In this document: positions 63,521 to 64,000 of the stretch, piece by piece
Layout of the letters: every line of letters starts with the position of its first letter
Position numbering within the stretch: position 1 is the stretch's first letter
NCBI RefSeq assembly: GCF_006345805.1
Contig: NC_042998.1
Coordinates: 80,414,001-80,478,000 of the forward strand
Length of the DNA stretch: 64,000 bases
From: Octopus sinensis
Lineage: Eukaryota
Direction: 5' to 3'
Program-made: the position numbers and the translations under genes
The notes under the pieces: model-generated
Databases searched by the model: none
What the model saw: the letters and a program-made list of their open reading frames with translations, nothing else
Told to the model about the DNA's origin: nothing

Positions 63521-63946
63521 CTCTGTAGAAGGTAGATGGACCACACCTGTGCTCCGACGTTTCTCGCGGAGTTTCCTTTTATCCTTTGGAGGTTTCCCTT
63601 TATGTAAATGATTTGGTCGAGTGCGTTTGTCTTTAGCTCTGGATGATGCGGCCCGGGTGGGCGATTCATGGTCAACTCCCCCGACGGTAGTAGTTGTACT
63701 GCTAGTAGCCGGAGACCCCATGACACGATTTACTCCGTCCAAATCGTCACCGACCGTACCGGAATAGTGGTCTGTGCGGTCTCCATTCTGATCCCTAAGA
63801 GTGTCGACAGAATGGTCACCGATTCCTTCTTTGTCTCCTTTGCTGGCTGCGACCCTTGGCCGACTCATACGCACCTTATACCTTCGGTTGCTAATATCAA
63901 TGTCCTCTCTGTCTAAGCTTTCCTGACTAACTGAGCTAGACGCCAT
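63521..63946 (-). CDS. PAWR: First coding exon of a PRKC apoptosis WT1 regulator (Par-4)-like protein, 142 codons, MASSSVSQES...KDKRKLREKRRSTGVVHLPSTE
   Basis: ATG at 63944-63946 in context aatcATGG. The translation contains KRKLREKRRSTGVV, which I recognise as the Par-4 NLS2/SAC-region motif (human EKRKLREKRRSTGVVNIPAAE). The frame reaches GAG|GTTGGT exactly after PSTE; the rest of the ORF-track ORF (VGIGFLSSLL) is intronic read-through. The region is GC- and CpG-rich relative to the window. Confidence 0.85.
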
Positions 63947-64000
63947 GATTGTAAAAAGAGTATATATAAATATATATAACCAATGAATGTGTATATATAT

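Noticed and set aside
63313-63916. ORFs 63313-63726 (-) and 63668-63916 (+)
   Set aside because: Alternative-frame and antisense shadows of the GC-rich PAWR exon.

Overview
AT-rich, repeat-dense eukaryotic DNA. The repeat families and microsatellite load look like an Octopus (coleoid cephalopod) genome; this is recognition from memory, not a database result. The only host coding sequence I can support is a minus-strand exon at 63521-63946. It encodes the N-terminal part of a Par-4/PAWR homologue (KDKRKLREKRRSTGVVHLPSTE) and ends at a phase-0 GT donor. I found no convincing downstream exon, so most of the window is probably one very large intron. It is filled with a young 5'-truncated RTE LINE, older RTE and CR1 fragments, at least three tRNA-headed SINE families, piggyBac/mariner/hAT-type MITEs and long compound microsatellites. 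Best hunt results: a minimal type-I hammerhead-ribozyme motif (52705-52763); several long near-perfect foldbacks (148-315, 35931-36184, 45619-45770); a pri-miRNA-like hairpin (10769-10844); a PHD finger inside the RTE reverse transcriptase; head-to-tail SINE arrays in (AAT)n; and closely spaced inverted repeat pairs that would give long dsRNA in the pre-mRNA. No prokaryotic features, CRISPR array or true tRNA/rRNA genes were found. Repeat boundaries were read by eye and are approximate unless exact arms or TSDs are stated.
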